Source: Thermoplasmata archaeon
Lineage (GTDB): Archaea; Thermoplasmatota; Thermoplasmata; Lutacidiplasmatales; UBA184
Assembly (NCBI GenBank): GCA_030040915.1
Contig: JASHSI010000083.1
Span: 1 to 41,043, forward strand
Length of the DNA: 41,043 bases
Direction: 5' to 3'
Numbering within the stretch: position 1 is the stretch's first letter; each line of letters begins with the position of its first letter. Both the position numbers and the translations under genes were made by a program. Below the pieces are notes generated by a model that was not told the origin of the DNA, ran no database searches, and worked only from the letters and a program-made list of their open reading frames with translations. Shown here in pieces: positions 1-9,655 of this stretch.

Positions 1-24
1 GGCGGCCGCCGAGGGGATCGTCGA

Positions 25-1182
25 ATGGTCAAGCTCGCGGAGTGGCGCGGCAAGGAGATCTTCCAGAAGTACGGCATCCCGACCCCGGAGGGGAGGGTCG
101 TCCGTTCGGCGGAGGAGGCCGAAAAGCTCGTCCGGGCCGGCACCGTGCCCCTCCCCTGCGTCCTCAAGGCCCAGGTGCTCGCCGGGGGCCGGGGCAAGGG
201 CGGGGCGGTGCGGTTCGCGGCCTCCGCCGAGGAGGCGAGGTCTGCGGCCCAGGCGATCCTCGGCCTTGAGTTCCAGGGGGAGAAGGTCCGCGAGCTCCTC
301 CTGGAGCCGAAGCTTCCCCTCGCGAAGGAGTTCTACCTATCCCTCACCCTCGACCGGAGCCTCCGCCTCCCGGTGCTCATCGCGAGCGCCCAGGGCGGAG
401 TCGAGATCGAGTCGGTGGCAGAGGGTTCGATCCTCCGCCTGCCGATCCATCCGTTCACGGGCCTCGTGGGGTACGAGCGGCGACGCGTCGTCCGCGCGTT
501 CGGGCTGAGCGGACCGGCCGCCCAGTCGCTCGACGGGCTCCTCACGCGCCTGTGGACCGCCTTCGACCGGGAGGACGCCGAGCTCGTCGAGATCAATCCG
601 CTGGCCCTCGTTGGCGATCGGATCGTCGCGCTCGATGCGAAGGTGATCATCGAGGACGACGCCGGCTTCCGGCACCCGGAGTACGCCGAGCTCCTCGACG
701 ACCGGACCCCGCTCGAGGAGATCGCCCGCGAGAAGGGGATCGCCTTCGTCCAGCTCGACGGGAACATCGGCGTGATCGCGAACGGGGCGGGCCTCACCAT
801 GGCCACCCTCGACGTGCTCGCCGAGTTCGGCGGGCGACCGGGGGTCTTCCTCGACCTCGGCGGAACGGATGACCCGGCGAAGGTCACCGAGGCGTTCCTG
901 CTCATGGCGAAGGCCCGTCCGAGCGCGGTGTTCCTGAACATCTTCGGCGGCGTGACCCGCTGCGACACGGTCGCGAAGGGGCTCGTCGAAGCGATGCGTC
1001 AGGTCCCCCCGACGGACCGCTTCCCCCTTGTCGCGCGGATCCGGGGCAACAACGAGGCCGAGGGGACGGCGATCCTCCGGGAGGCGGGGGTCACCTCGGT
1101 CCCCGACCTCAAGGAGTCGGTCCAGGCGGCGGTCAAGGCCGCGCAGGGAGCGATCGCGGCGTCCCCGGGAGGGTCCCGATGA
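25..1182 (+). CDS. sucC: succinate--CoA ligase (ADP-forming) beta subunit
   Basis: ATP-grasp N-terminus MVKLAEWRGKEIFQKYGIPTPEG, VLKAQVLAGGRGKGG and NIGVIANGAGLTMATLD. SD-like GAGGGGAT lies 8 nt upstream. ATGA overlap with sucD. Confidence 0.9.
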   Translation: MVKLAEWRGKEIFQKYGIPTPEGRVVRSAEEAEKLVRAGTVPLPCVLKAQVLAGGRGKGGAVRFAASAEEARSAAQAILGLEFQGEKVRELLLEPKLPLAKEFYLSLTLDRSLRLPVLIASAQGGVEIESVAEGSILRLPIHPFTGLVGYERRRVVRAFGLSGPAAQSLDGLLTRLWTAFDREDAELVEINPLALVGDRIVALDAKVIIEDDAGFRHPEYAELLDDRTPLEEIAREKGIAFVQLDGNIGVIANGAGLTMATLDVLAEFGGRPGVFLDLGGTDDPAKVTEAFLLMAKARPSAVFLNIFGGVTRCDTVAKGLVEAMRQVPPTDRFPLVARIRGNNEAEGTAILREAGVTSVPDLKESVQAAVKAAQGAIAASPGGSR

Positions 1183-2063
1183 GCGTTCTCGTCGACGCCG
1201 GGACGAAGGTGGTGGTCCAGGGGATCACCGGGCACCAGGGGACGGTCCATGCCCGTCAGATGAAGCTGTTCGGCACGCCGGTCGTCGCCGGGTCCACGCC
1301 CGGGAAGGGGGGCAGCACGGTCGAGGGCGTTCCCGTCTTCGACAGCGTGGCCGAGGCGGTCGAGCGGACCGGGGCCAACGCCGCGTGCATCTTCGTCCCG
1401 GCGCCGTTCGCCCGCGACGCCTACATCGAGTCGGTCGACGCGGGGATCCCGCTCGCGGTGATCGTCACCGAGCACATCCCCTTCCACGACATGCTCTCGA
1501 TGTACCACTACGGCCGCGCCCGGGGGGCCCGGATCATCGGGCCGAACTGCCCGGGGATCGCGAGCCCGGGGAAGGCGAAGGTCGGGATCATCCCGAACGT
1601 CGTCTTCCATCCGGGTCGGGTCGGGGTGATCTCGCGGAGCGGTACCCTGACCTACGAGATCGTGAGCGGCCTCAAGGAGCATGGGCTCGGCCAGAGCACC
1701 TGCCTCGGGCTCGGGGGGGACCCGGTCGTCGGGACGAGCTTCGTCGACGCCCTCCCGCTCTTCGAGGCCGACCCCGAGACCGACGTGCTCGTGCTCGTCG
1801 GGGAGATCGGCGGGACCGCCGAGGAGGACGCCGCGGCCGAGATCCGCCGCCACTTCACGAAACCGGTCGTGGCCTACGTCGCCGGTCGCTCGGCGCCACC
1901 CGGGAAGCGGATGGGCCACGCCGGGGCGATCATCGCCCGCGGCAAAGGGACGGCCGAGAGCAAGCTCAACGCCCTCCGCGAGGCCGGCGCGGAGATCGCC
2001 CGCTTCCCCTACGAGATCCCGGAGATCGCCGCCCGGCTCCAGAAGGAGCGGGCCCGGCGATGA
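1179..2063 (+). CDS. sucD: succinate--CoA ligase alpha subunit
   Basis: [31 protein letters not shown] and phosphohistidine loop MGHAGAII. Start overlaps the sucC stop (ATGA at 1179-1182). Confidence 0.92.
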   Translation: MSVLVDAGTKVVVQGITGHQGTVHARQMKLFGTPVVAGSTPGKGGSTVEGVPVFDSVAEAVERTGANAACIFVPAPFARDAYIESVDAGIPLAVIVTEHIPFHDMLSMYHYGRARGARIIGPNCPGIASPGKAKVGIIPNVVFHPGRVGVISRSGTLTYEIVSGLKEHGLGQSTCLGLGGDPVVGTSFVDALPLFEADPETDVLVLVGEIGGTAEEDAAAEIRRHFTKPVVAYVAGRSAPPGKRMGHAGAIIARGKGTAESKLNALREAGAEIARFPYEIPEIAARLQKERARR

Positions 2064-2287
2064 GCCCGGCGCCCCCGGCCCGTCCGGCGGAGCCTCGGGC
2101 CGCGGACCCCTGCCGGTTCCCGGGGTGCGGCGAGCCGTCGGTCCGCCACCTTTCGTTGGCCGAGGCCCGCCGTGCGTTCGACGAGCTCCCAGAAGAGGGG
2201 CGGCGGGCGCCCCTCTGCCGGATCCACTACAAGGAGTGGAAGCGGCGCACGAAGGACGCCCGCAAGTTGGAGCGCCTGGGGCGGTAA
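2060..2287 (+). CDS. 75-aa putative zinc-finger microprotein with basic C-terminus
   Basis: ATG overlaps the sucD stop (ATGA 2060-2063). It is in frame inside track ORF 1028..2287. Third codon positions are strongly G/C as in flanking genes. Cys/His pattern is CRFPGCG ... LCRIH followed by KEWKRRTKDARKLERLGR. Confidence 0.5.
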   Translation: MSPAPPARPAEPRAADPCRFPGCGEPSVRHLSLAEARRAFDELPEEGRRAPLCRIHYKEWKRRTKDARKLERLGR

Positions 2288-2305
2288 CCGGCGGGCGCCG
2301 GTTAC
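2284..2305. terminator. perfect 10-bp inverted repeat (gtaaccggcg gg cgccggttac) spanning the stop codons of two convergent genes
   Basis: Read directly. The left arm contains TAA (2285-2287) of the + microprotein. The right arm contains the TAA complement (2302-2304) of the minus eL41 gene. Confidence 0.35.
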
Positions 2306-2409
2306 TGCTGGCGCATCTTCTGGGCCCGCATGCGGCGGCGCATCCGCTTCTTGCGCCACTTCCAGCGCATGTGGCCGCGCTTCTTCCAGACGCGTGAGCT
2401 ACGTTTCAT
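2302..2409 (-). CDS. rpl41e: ribosomal protein eL41 (35 aa), too short for the supplied ORF track
   Basis: Manual translation gives MKRSSRVWKKRGHMRWKWRKKRMRRRMRAQKMRQQ*. The RWKW(R/Y)KKR(M/L)RR core is the eL41 signature as I recall it from archaeal and eukaryotic L41e. Confidence 0.8.
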   Translation of the reverse strand: MKRSSRVWKKRGHMRWKWRKKRMRRRMRAQKMRQQ

Positions 2410-2447
2410 CCCGAGACGACCGGAGTGGCGCGGGTTACTTGCCGCCC

Positions 2448-2455
2448 CTTATTAG
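2448..2455 (-). promoter_or_regulatory. TATA-like box (CTAATAAG on minus) upstream of eL41
   Basis: AT-rich octamer in a GC-rich spacer, centred about 43 nt upstream of the ATG at 2409. Confidence 0.3.
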
Positions 2456-2499
2456 ATTGACACCCGCGATTTTCGACGGTGGCGCGCCGCCAGCGCCGC

Positions 2500-2916
2500 T
2501 CACGGAGCGCGCAGGCGAGAGAGCCCGTCCGGGCTGAGCAAACGGTCCGCCCAGGGTTCCGGCACGTAGAGGAATCCGCCGTCGGCCTCGGCGTGCCGGC
2601 GCCAGGCGATCCCCCGCTCCTCGAAGCGGGTCGGCTGGGCCGCCGCCTCGAGCGCTTCGCCCTTCGGCGGGCTCGCCCCGGGCTTCCCGTCCTTCGCCGG
2701 CACGAGGAGATCGGCCGCGAGGTCGTAAGCGATCCAGGCGACCGGGAGGGCGACCTGCAGGCGGATCACCTTCGGGCGGAAACGGCTCTCGCTCTCGGTC
2801 TCCCGCCGCGTGAAGAGGGCGATGGGCTCGCCGTCCCAGTCGATCGTCCGCTCGAACGAGAAGCTCTTGCGGTTGAAGTCGAGGACGTTGAGCTCGAGGT
2901 CGGCCGGCTCGACCAC
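2500..2916 (-). CDS. hypothetical protein (138 aa), family not recognised
   Basis: High GC3 and gene-like amino-acid composition. GTG start lies 32 nt downstream of the top6A stop on the same strand. No recognisable motif. Confidence 0.6.
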   Translation of the reverse strand: MVEPADLELNVLDFNRKSFSFERTIDWDGEPIALFTRRETESESRFRPKVIRLQVALPVAWIAYDLAADLLVPAKDGKPGASPPKGEALEAAAQPTRFEERGIAWRRHAEADGGFLYVPEPWADRLLSPDGLSRLRAP

Positions 2917-2948
2917 GGGCTAGCTCCCGGGGGGCGCGCGCCGGGCCT

Positions 2949-4088
2949 TCACGACTCGATCCCCATCTCCGCGAGCTTCTCCGGGAGGTAGTGGTCGGTC
3001 ACGTAGTTGAGCCCGTACTTCGCGAGCGACTGCTGCTCGGCCTTCTTGCCGTTCTTGAGCATCAGCTCGATCTCGGAGCGCCACTCCTGGGTGGAGAAGC
3101 GGGGGTCGGTGAGCTCCGCTTGGAGAGCCTTGACGTCCTGGTCGCTCAACTTGTCCGACGGGAGCTTGTAGTTCTCGATGTCGGAGGCGGTGACGCCGAG
3201 GAACTCCGCCTGCGGGGTGGCGAGGTAGTGGGAGATGTGGGCCGTCTTGATCGCGCCGTACGCCACGCTCGCGAAGATCCGGAACGACCAGGGATCCCCG
3301 TCGGTGAAGACCACGACGGGGAGCTTCAGCTCCTCGTTGATCCGCTTCAGGAACCGCCGGGTCGACCGGGCCGGCTGCCCCTTGAGGTGGAGGAGGATCG
3401 CGTCGTGCTTCTCGTCGAAGCCGTTCTCGGCCAGGCGGTCGACCATGCCGCCGCACTCGATGGCGATCACGAACTTCGCGTTCGTGCCGACGAACTCGAT
3501 CTTCTCCTTCTCGACGTTGAACGGGAGCGCGTACCCCCCGTCCCCCACGTCGTCGCGGCAGTTGAACTTCTTGACGACCCCCTTGCGGTTCGTCTCCTTG
3601 ATCGTCAGGTCGCCGATCACCGAGGCCCCGTTCTCCTCGGGGTGGAGGCGGAAGTCCTCGCGGAGGCGCTCGCAGAGCACCTCGAGGTCCTCGATGAGGA
3701 GGTTCGATTCGTCCTCGCTGTGGAACTTCCCCTCCTCCCACCCCTCCGAGATGTAGTAGAGCTCCCGGAGCGTCGAGGTCTTCGAGTCCCGGGCCATCTC
3801 GTTGATGAAGTCGACGAGGTAGAACGTCCGCAGGAGCATGAGCGCGCCGTCGAGCTTGCGGGCGCTGCGCGTCCCGAGCGCCCGGCCGAGCCGCCAGACC
3901 CCCTCGCGCATCTGGAACTGCAGGTTCTGCTTCGTGCGCAACGGCAGGCGCATCCGGGGAATCTCCCCCCGGTCGAGCTGGTCGTAGATCTCCCCGGCGA
4001 GGCGCTGGGTCGGCTTCAGGGCCTCGGGGGGCTCGGTCCGGGCCGGCTTACTCGTCGTCTTCGCTGCGCGCGCTCGTTTCGGCGGCAT
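2949..4088 (-). CDS. top6A: DNA topoisomerase VI subunit A
   Basis: [12 protein letters not shown] (catalytic Tyr region) and Toprim motifs FVIAIECGG and [14 protein letters not shown]. The ATG at 4088 overlaps the top6B 3' end by 41 nt. Confidence 0.93.
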   Translation of the reverse strand: MPPKRARAAKTTSKPARTEPPEALKPTQRLAGEIYDQLDRGEIPRMRLPLRTKQNLQFQMREGVWRLGRALGTRSARKLDGALMLLRTFYLVDFINEMARDSKTSTLRELYYISEGWEEGKFHSEDESNLLIEDLEVLCERLREDFRLHPEENGASVIGDLTIKETNRKGVVKKFNCRDDVGDGGYALPFNVEKEKIEFVGTNAKFVIAIECGGMVDRLAENGFDEKHDAILLHLKGQPARSTRRFLKRINEELKLPVVVFTDGDPWSFRIFASVAYGAIKTAHISHYLATPQAEFLGVTASDIENYKLPSDKLSDQDVKALQAELTDPRFSTQEWRSEIELMLKNGKKAEQQSLAKYGLNYVTDHYLPEKLAEMGIES

Positions 4089-6057
4089 CGTAATCCACCT
4101 CCGCTTCGGCCCCCGCGGGGGGCGCCTCGAGCCCGGCCTCGGCCGCCTCGATGACGGCCCGCGGCAACCGGACGTCCCAGTCCCCGGGGAGGGGCTCGGC
4201 CCCGAGGAGGTGCCCCTCGTCGACGCCGGCGACGAACCAGGATGGGTCGGACGCCTCGAGCTCGGTCTTCGCCGGGAAGGTGGCGGAGACCTTCGTCCGG
4301 CCGCTCGGCGGGAGCTTCTCGAGCGTCCACCAGGCCCGGCCGAGCTCGGCGTCGGTCCCGTCCGGGGCGGGCTCGAACCGGCCGAGCGGGAACAGCTCCG
4401 CGGGCAGCTCGACGAACAGCTCGAGGACCCGCGCCCTCGGCGTGTAGTTCGTGATCTCGGCGTCGAGACGGACCCCCTCCGGGGTCGCCTCGACCTTCTC
4501 CTCGAGGTTCACCACGTCCATGATCCGCGTGATCACCGGGGTGAGGTCGGGGACCGGCTTGCCGACGAGATCGCTCGTCTTGGTGGCGAGCTTGGGGAGG
4601 ATCTTGAGGATGATGTCGAACTTCTCCTGGGCGAACGCCCGGCGGTTGCGCCGGGCGAGGTGCGTCTTCAGGTGGCGTGCGGCGACCTGGAGGGCGAGGG
4701 TGAGCTCCCGATCGATCTCCGGGTCCTCGGCGACCGCCTCCTTCGCCTCGCTCGTGAACGGGACCTTCGCGGAGGCGAGGTGGACGAGGAGGAGCGCGGG
4801 CCCGATGGGCAGACCGGCCCCGCCCTTCTGCTCGAGTCCGTAGCGGCGCCAGTCGAGCGTCTGGACGGCGGTCGTGATCGCGCAGGCGCCCTGCTGGAAG
4901 AGGAGGGGGACCCGGTTCGCGAACCGAAGAAGCTGGATCGGCTGGTCGGCCGGGAGGCCCCCGCCGTAGACGAGCCCCACCTCGACGAGGAACGGAAAGC
5001 CGCCCCGGACCTTCGGCGGTCGGCTGACCGGGGGGGCGTAGAACTCCGGCCGGACCTCCCCGAGGACGTTGCGGAGGCCCCGCTTGATGAGCACCGGGCC
5101 GATCGGCGACAGGGATTCGGCGGACGGCGGGAGCAGCTTGACCTCGTGCATCGCCGCAAGAAGGGCCTCCAGGCGCTCCCCCTGGACGGACCCGGGCGCC
5201 TCCTTGCCCGTCAGCCCCGCCTTCCCGACGATCTCGCTGGCGGCCCGGGAGCTCACTCCCGCGAACTGCTTCGCGAGGAACTCCCCGAGGGTCTTCGGTC
5301 CCGGGAGCTTCAACCGGTAGGCGAGCTCGCCGAGCTCGAGCCCGTAGGGGTGAGGGGGGACCTCCTTCGGGACGGGGGGGATCTCGGTGGAGGCCCGCTC
5401 GTACGTGATCCGCGTCCCGTCCGGCTCGACGAGGACGAGGCGGGCGTGGGGGTTCACGATCGCACTCCCGCGCAGGTACTCGTACGGGGACTGACGGCCC
5501 CGTTGGTACTTCGCCTTCAGGACGAGCGAGATCGAGGTCCCGCTCTCCCGGTCCCAGAGGAGGAGGTCGTCGGCGACGACCTTCGGGAGGTTCTTCTGGG
5601 TGTCGAGAAGGAGGTCGAGGACGTGCGCCGCCTCCTCCTCGCGGACCTTCGAGATCACGTGGGCCGGCCGCGCCGTGGTGAGGCCCGCGTAGAGGACGGC
5701 GGCCGAGATCCCGATCCCCTGCTGCCCCCGCGACTGGCGGTTCGCGTGGAAGCGCGAACCGTAGAGGAGGCGGCCGAAGACGTTCGGGACTTCCCGCTTC
5801 AGGATGCCGGGGCCGTTGTCCGTGACGGTGACCTGGAGCCGGTCGGGCCCGGCCTTCGCGATCTCGACGAGGACATCGGGAAGCACGCGGGCTTCCTCGC
5901 ACGCGTCGAGGGCGTTGTCGACCCCTTCCTTCACGGTGGTCAGGAGGGCCCTCAGCGGGTTGTCGAAGCCGAGGATCTGACGGTTCCGCTCGAAGAACTC
6001 GGCGACCGAGATCTCCCGCTGCTTCGACGCGAGCTCTTCCGCCAGCGTCCTGGGCAC
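4048..6057 (-). CDS. top6B: DNA topoisomerase VI subunit B (start re-called to GTG 6057; track ORF runs to 6717)
   Basis: GHKL/Bergerat motifs [20 protein letters not shown] and [10 protein letters not shown]. The homologous N-terminus (M)[21 protein letters not shown] begins at an in-frame GTG. A TATA-like CTTATAG is centred about 29 nt upstream. The upstream part of the track ORF is Arg/Pro-rich and overlaps the C-N hydrolase gene. Confidence 0.85.
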   Translation of the reverse strand: MPRTLAEELASKQREISVAEFFERNRQILGFDNPLRALLTTVKEGVDNALDACEEARVLPDVLVEIAKAGPDRLQVTVTDNGPGILKREVPNVFGRLLYGSRFHANRQSRGQQGIGISAAVLYAGLTTARPAHVISKVREEEAAHVLDLLLDTQKNLPKVVADDLLLWDRESGTSISLVLKAKYQRGRQSPYEYLRGSAIVNPHARLVLVEPDGTRITYERASTEIPPVPKEVPPHPYGLELGELAYRLKLPGPKTLGEFLAKQFAGVSSRAASEIVGKAGLTGKEAPGSVQGERLEALLAAMHEVKLLPPSAESLSPIGPVLIKRGLRNVLGEVRPEFYAPPVSRPPKVRGGFPFLVEVGLVYGGGLPADQPIQLLRFANRVPLLFQQGACAITTAVQTLDWRRYGLEQKGGAGLPIGPALLLVHLASAKVPFTSEAKEAVAEDPEIDRELTLALQVAARHLKTHLARRNRRAFAQEKFDIILKILPKLATKTSDLVGKPVPDLTPVITRIMDVVNLEEKVEATPEGVRLDAEITNYTPRARVLELFVELPAELFPLGRFEPAPDGTDAELGRAWWTLEKLPPSGRTKVSATFPAKTELEASDPSWFVAGVDEGHLLGAEPLPGDWDVRLPRAVIEAAEAGLEAPPAGAEAEVDYDAAETSARSEDDE

Positions 6058-6082
6058 AGTGAACGCGACGATAGCGCGGGCG

Positions 6083-6089
6083 CTATAAG
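6083..6089 (-). promoter_or_regulatory. TATA-like box (CTTATAG on minus) for top6B, implying a leaderless mRNA
   Basis: Centre at 6086, with the proposed GTG start at 6057. Confidence 0.4.
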
Positions 6090-6110
6090 CGTGAGCTTCG
6101 ACTGAGCGCC

Positions 6111-6959
6111 CTACCGAGGAGCCAGTGAGCCCAGGGCCGCGGGATCGGTCGGGGGGCCCCTCGGAGCGCGCGAGGCCACGTCGCGCAGCACGGGACGGGC
6201 CCGGCGCCATCGGGCGGCCGTGGCGAGATCGATATCGGCCCGGACGATCCGCCCGCCCTCCCGCGGCGTGGCGGCAGATACCGGCTCGAGGGGGAGCTCC
6301 TCCCCGCGGGCGTCGAGGGCCACCGAGCCGCCCCCGAAGACTATCCCCTCCTCGGCCCCGACGCGGTTCACGTAGACGAGCGGGACCGCGTTCTCGATGG
6401 CCCGGGCCGGCAGGATCCGGTCGAAGAGCCGCCGCGAGGTGACCGGCGCCGCCGAGATCACCGCGAGTAGCTCCGCCCCGCCAAGAGCGAGCTCCCGGCT
6501 CACCTCGGGGAAGAACGCATCGTAGCAGATCTCGACCCCGAGGAGGGTCCCGAGCGCTCGGATCGGTCGGCTCCGATCGACGGGAGTGAACTGGACCCCC
6601 TCCTCGAACGGTCCGAACGTGGGGAGGTAGCGCTTCGCCTGCACGAGGATGGTGCCATCGGGCTGGGCGAGGAGGGCCGCGTTCCACACCTCGCCGGGCC
6701 GTTCGGGGGAACGCCACGGGGCCCCCACGACAATGGCCTGACGGTGCGTGCGGGCGATCTCCCCCAGACGCTCCACCAGGAGATGGCCGGGTCCGAACGC
6801 GGCGTGATGCACCCGGTCCCCGACCCGGTAACCGGAGAGGTAGAGCTCGGGGAAGATCGCGAGGTCGGAGGGGGAGGCGGCGATCGCCGCCTCGAGCCGG
6901 GAGAGGTTCTCCTCGGGCGCGTGGAGGGACGGCGCGAGCTCGGCGAGGAGTACGCGCAT
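6111..6959 (-). CDS. carbon-nitrogen hydrolase (nitrilase superfamily) protein
   Basis: Glu-Lys-Cys triad contexts [16 protein letters not shown] and [12 protein letters not shown]. The ATG at 6959 shares one nt with the upstream TGA (TGATG). Confidence 0.85.
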   Translation of the reverse strand: MRVLLAELAPSLHAPEENLSRLEAAIAASPSDLAIFPELYLSGYRVGDRVHHAAFGPGHLLVERLGEIARTHRQAIVVGAPWRSPERPGEVWNAALLAQPDGTILVQAKRYLPTFGPFEEGVQFTPVDRSRPIRALGTLLGVEICYDAFFPEVSRELALGGAELLAVISAAPVTSRRLFDRILPARAIENAVPLVYVNRVGAEEGIVFGGGSVALDARGEELPLEPVSAATPREGGRIVRADIDLATAARWRRARPVLRDVASRAPRGPPTDPAALGSLAPR

Positions 6960-7396
6960 CAGTAGAAATGGCGCCGGACGATCAGGAGGTAGACGAACAC
7001 GGCGAGGAGGATGAGGAAGAGGTAGGTGATGGAGTCGGTGAAGAACAGGAAGGCGAGCCCCGCGAAGCTCACGCCGATCGTCGTGTAGAGGGCCCAGACC
7101 TCCTGGCGCCAGAGCGCGGTGGCGAGGGCGAGCAGGACCGCCCCGAGAAGGACCAGCAGGGCCGCGCCGACCGCGCTCACCGAGTGGACGATCAGCAGGT
7201 CGGTCGGGAGGAGGTTCCCCGTGTAATACTGGATGAGGAAGAGGCCCCCGGCGAGGAGCAGTAGGATCCCGATGAGGCCGATCAGGAACGCCAGGAGGCC
7301 GACCCCGATCGGGCGGTTCGGACGCGCCTGGGTGTACGCGGGGATCGGGGGAAGATGGCCCACCTCGGGGGCTCCCGCGTCCGAGACGGCGCTCAT
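6959..7396 (-). CDS. integral membrane protein (145 aa), function unknown
   Basis: The C-terminal 145 aa of track ORF 6959..8062 from [10 protein letters not shown] is strongly hydrophobic, about 4 TM ([22 protein letters not shown] ...). The upstream part of the track ORF is Arg/Pro/Gly-rich shadow. Confidence 0.65.
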   Translation of the reverse strand: MSAVSDAGAPEVGHLPPIPAYTQARPNRPIGVGLLAFLIGLIGILLLLAGGLFLIQYYTGNLLPTDLLIVHSVSAVGAALLVLLGAVLLALATALWRQEVWALYTTIGVSFAGLAFLFFTDSITYLFLILLAVFVYLLIVRRHFY

Positions 7397-7443
7397 TGAC
7401 GGCGAGAAACGCGCCTCCGGCGGGACGAAGGTCGGGTAGGGAT

Positions 7444-7450
7444 GATAAAG
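7444..7450 (-). promoter_or_regulatory. TATA-like box (CTTTATC on minus) upstream of the membrane protein / C-N hydrolase unit
   Basis: AT-rich heptamer about 50 nt upstream of the ATG at 7396, directly after the hairpin at 7451-7478. Confidence 0.3.
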
Positions 7451-7478
7451 GGCCGGCTCGAAGCGCCGGGAGCCGGCC
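7451..7478 (-). terminator. 9-bp perfect stem (ggccggctc / gagccggcc) with 10-nt loop, downstream of the prenyl synthase stop
   Basis: Read directly. On the minus strand it lies 23 nt after the TAA at 7501-7503 and is followed by CTTTAT. Confidence 0.3.
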
Positions 7479-7500
7479 GAGCGCCCCCGTCCAAGGCGGG

Positions 7501-8556
7501 TTAGAATCTCCGGGCGGCCGCGCCGCGGGCCAGCCACTCGAGGAGGGTTCGGTAGGGCCCGGGCGAGATCGGGTCGAGGGCTCGGACCGCCCGCTCCGCC
7601 CACGACTCGGCCGCGAGCGCGACGGTCCGGGCCACATCGGTCCGGTCCGTGAGCGAGCGGAGGCGGAACAGGTCGCCCGGTTGCTTGCGCCGCAGACCGA
7701 ACAACCGCTCGAACTCCTCCCGCTCGGGCCCGTGGAGGGCGGCGTGCGTCTCGAGCGAGACGAGGGTGGGGTTCCCCTCGCGGAGGTCGGTGTAGCGCGG
7801 CTTGCCGAGGAGGTCCGGGTCCCCGTAGACGTCGAGGAGGTCGTCGCGGATCTGGAAGGCGATGCCGAGGGAGCGGCCGTACGTCTCGCAGGCGTCCCGC
7901 ACCTCCGCCGGGGCCCCCGCGATCTCGGCGACCGAGGCGAGGGCGGCCGCCACGATCGCGGCCGTCTTCCGCTCGATGACCCGGTAGTAGTGCTCCGGGC
8001 CGGTGGTGAGGTCGAACCGTCCGGCGTCCTGCAGCACCTCTCCTTCGACGAGCGCGGCGCACGACTCGCCGCAGCGCAGGATGATGGAGCGGGGGTACTC
8101 CGCCGCGAGCTCGAACGCGCGAACGAACAGGTAATCGCCGGTGACGATCGCCGAGGGGAGACCGAACGCCCGCGGGACCGAGGGCCGGCCCCGGCGGAGC
8201 TCGGCGTGGTCGATGACGTCGTCGTGGACGAGCGTCGCGGTATGGATGAGCTGGAACGCCGCCGCGAGCGCGCCGATCGGACGGACCGATTCGAGGCCGA
8301 GCGCGCGCGCCGTCGCGGCCATCAACAGGGGCCGCACGCGCTTCCCGCCGGCGCTCACGGCATAGGAGGCGGCCTCGGTCAGGCGGGGGTAGGTCGAGCC
8401 GAGGACCTGCTGGATCCGCTGGTCGATGGCGGCGAGGTCGTCGGTGAGCGTCGGGAGGAGCTCGACGAGCGCCTCCGGGGCGCCGACGCCCAGCGAGCGG
8501 TAGACGAGCGCCTCCAGGGACGGCTCGCTCGGGTCGGCCGGTCGGGTCGCGCTCAC
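7501..8556 (-). CDS. trans-polyprenyl diphosphate synthase (long-chain IspB/HepT-like signature)
   Basis: FARM IHTATLVHDDVIDHAELRRGRPS and SARM FQIRDDLLD. Small residues (T, A) occupy positions -4/-5 before the FARM. GTG start at 8556 overlaps the upstream stop (GTGA). There is no in-frame ATG near the homologous N-terminus. Confidence 0.85.
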   Translation of the reverse strand: MSATRPADPSEPSLEALVYRSLGVGAPEALVELLPTLTDDLAAIDQRIQQVLGSTYPRLTEAASYAVSAGGKRVRPLLMAATARALGLESVRPIGALAAAFQLIHTATLVHDDVIDHAELRRGRPSVPRAFGLPSAIVTGDYLFVRAFELAAEYPRSIILRCGESCAALVEGEVLQDAGRFDLTTGPEHYYRVIERKTAAIVAAALASVAEIAGAPAEVRDACETYGRSLGIAFQIRDDLLDVYGDPDLLGKPRYTDLREGNPTLVSLETHAALHGPEREEFERLFGLRRKQPGDLFRLRSLTDRTDVARTVALAAESWAERAVRALDPISPGPYRTLLEWLARGAAARRF

Positions 8557-9653
8557 GCGTTCCCCCCGAGCCGCGCGGGCCAGCGCATCCGCATCATGGC
8601 GTCGAGACCGGACGGGCCGATATATCGCATTCCGAGGGCGAGGAGGAGGTCCGAGCCGGCGAAACGGTCGGCGAACCGCTTGATCCGGTCCCCTCGGGCC
8701 AACGGCCCCGAAAGGTGGGTCCGGAAGCGCCGGTCGTACTCCGCAAGGGGAAGTCCCTCGCGCACGTGGGCCGCGGCGACCTCCCCGGCCTCGAACCCGG
8801 AGAGCATGGCGGTCGGGATGCCACCGCCGTTCGTCGCCATCACGGCGTTCGCCGCGTCCCCCGCGAACAGGGCCCGCCCACGGACCACCGACTCCGGCGG
8901 AGCGCCGATCGGAACCCACCAACGAGTTCGGCCGCCGGGGGCGGAGAGGGAATGCGCGGCGAGGAACCGGTCGAGGAGCCGTGAAAGGCTCGCCCCGGCC
9001 GGCCGCTCCGTGACCCCGAGGCCCACGTTCGCCTCGCCGGCCTTCGGGATGACCCAGGCGTACCCCCCCGGGGAGACCGAGCCGAAGTAGAGGGCGATCT
9101 CCGCCGGGAACTCCCCGGGGACGTTCGCGGTGATCATCCGATAGAGGAGCCGGGGGGGTTCGAACCCGGCGCCCCGGGCGACGGTCGAGAGCGGTCCGTC
9201 GGCCCCGACGACCACCTTCGCCTCGACGTCGCCGCCGCGCGCGAACGTCACCGTGCCGTCGCGCACCCGGGTCACGCCGGCGGGATGGCGGAGCTCGGCA
9301 CCGGCCTCCTCCGCCCTTCGGGCGAGCGCCTGGTCGAACCGCCGGCGGTCGACGCTCAATCCTTGGAGCGGGAAGCGGTAGCTCCGACCGCTCGGGGCCA
9401 CGCAGGCCATCGCCGTGGTCGTGCGAAGGACTGCCTCGTTCGGGAGGTCGTAGGCCGCGTGGATGAGCGAGGGGAACGGAAAGAGGTCCTCGAGCTCCTT
9501 CGCCGAGGGGAGGAACTCCCCGCACTGGACCGGGCGACCGATCTCCGGGCGCTGGTCGACGAGGAGGGTGCGGGCCCCGCCCGTCGCGGCCGCCCGGGCG
9601 GCGAGGCTCCCGGCCGGACCGGCCCCGACGACGACGACGTCGAAGCGCTCCAC
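8553..9653 (-). CDS. geranylgeranyl reductase family flavoprotein (prenyl-chain saturase)
   Basis: FAD fold FDVVVVGAGPAGSLAARAA, CGEFLP and LFAGDAA. GTG start lies 2 nt after the nuoN stop. Confidence 0.88.
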   Translation of the reverse strand: MERFDVVVVGAGPAGSLAARAAATGGARTLLVDQRPEIGRPVQCGEFLPSAKELEDLFPFPSLIHAAYDLPNEAVLRTTTAMACVAPSGRSYRFPLQGLSVDRRRFDQALARRAEEAGAELRHPAGVTRVRDGTVTFARGGDVEAKVVVGADGPLSTVARGAGFEPPRLLYRMITANVPGEFPAEIALYFGSVSPGGYAWVIPKAGEANVGLGVTERPAGASLSRLLDRFLAAHSLSAPGGRTRWWVPIGAPPESVVRGRALFAGDAANAVMATNGGGIPTAMLSGFEAGEVAAAHVREGLPLAEYDRRFRTHLSGPLARGDRIKRFADRFAGSDLLLALGMRYIGPSGLDAMMRMRWPARLGGNA

Positions 9654-9655
9654 GC

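Noticed and set aside
4016-6105. Very long ORFs on both strands and frames across top6B (628 aa minus at 4016..5902; 631 aa plus at 4210..6105).
   Set aside because: Their translations are monotonous Arg/Pro/Gly/Asp-rich low-complexity sequence, typical of stop-codon-poor shadow frames in roughly 70% GC DNA. The top6B frame carries unambiguous GHKL motifs.
6058-6717. N-terminal extensions suggested by longest-ORF calls. These are the top6B 889-aa form and similar extensions of 6111..7637, 6959..8062, 7501..9525, 14991..15998, 15476..16894, 18510..19355, 19034..20158, 20190..22430, 26963..28345, 28003..29172, 28668..30887, 30173..31897, 34588..36831 and 36813..38027.
   Set aside because: The extensions are low-complexity and overlap the upstream gene in another frame. 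Homology-like sequence begins at an internal ATG/GTG that coincides with an upstream stop, an SD or a TATA element.
9152-9170. tRNA T-arm-like GGTTCGAACC sequence. Similar GGTTCGA strings occur at about 22342 and 34445-34520.
   Set aside because: No flanking acceptor, D or anticodon arms can be drawn. The 9.15-kb copy lies inside the well-supported GGR coding frame.
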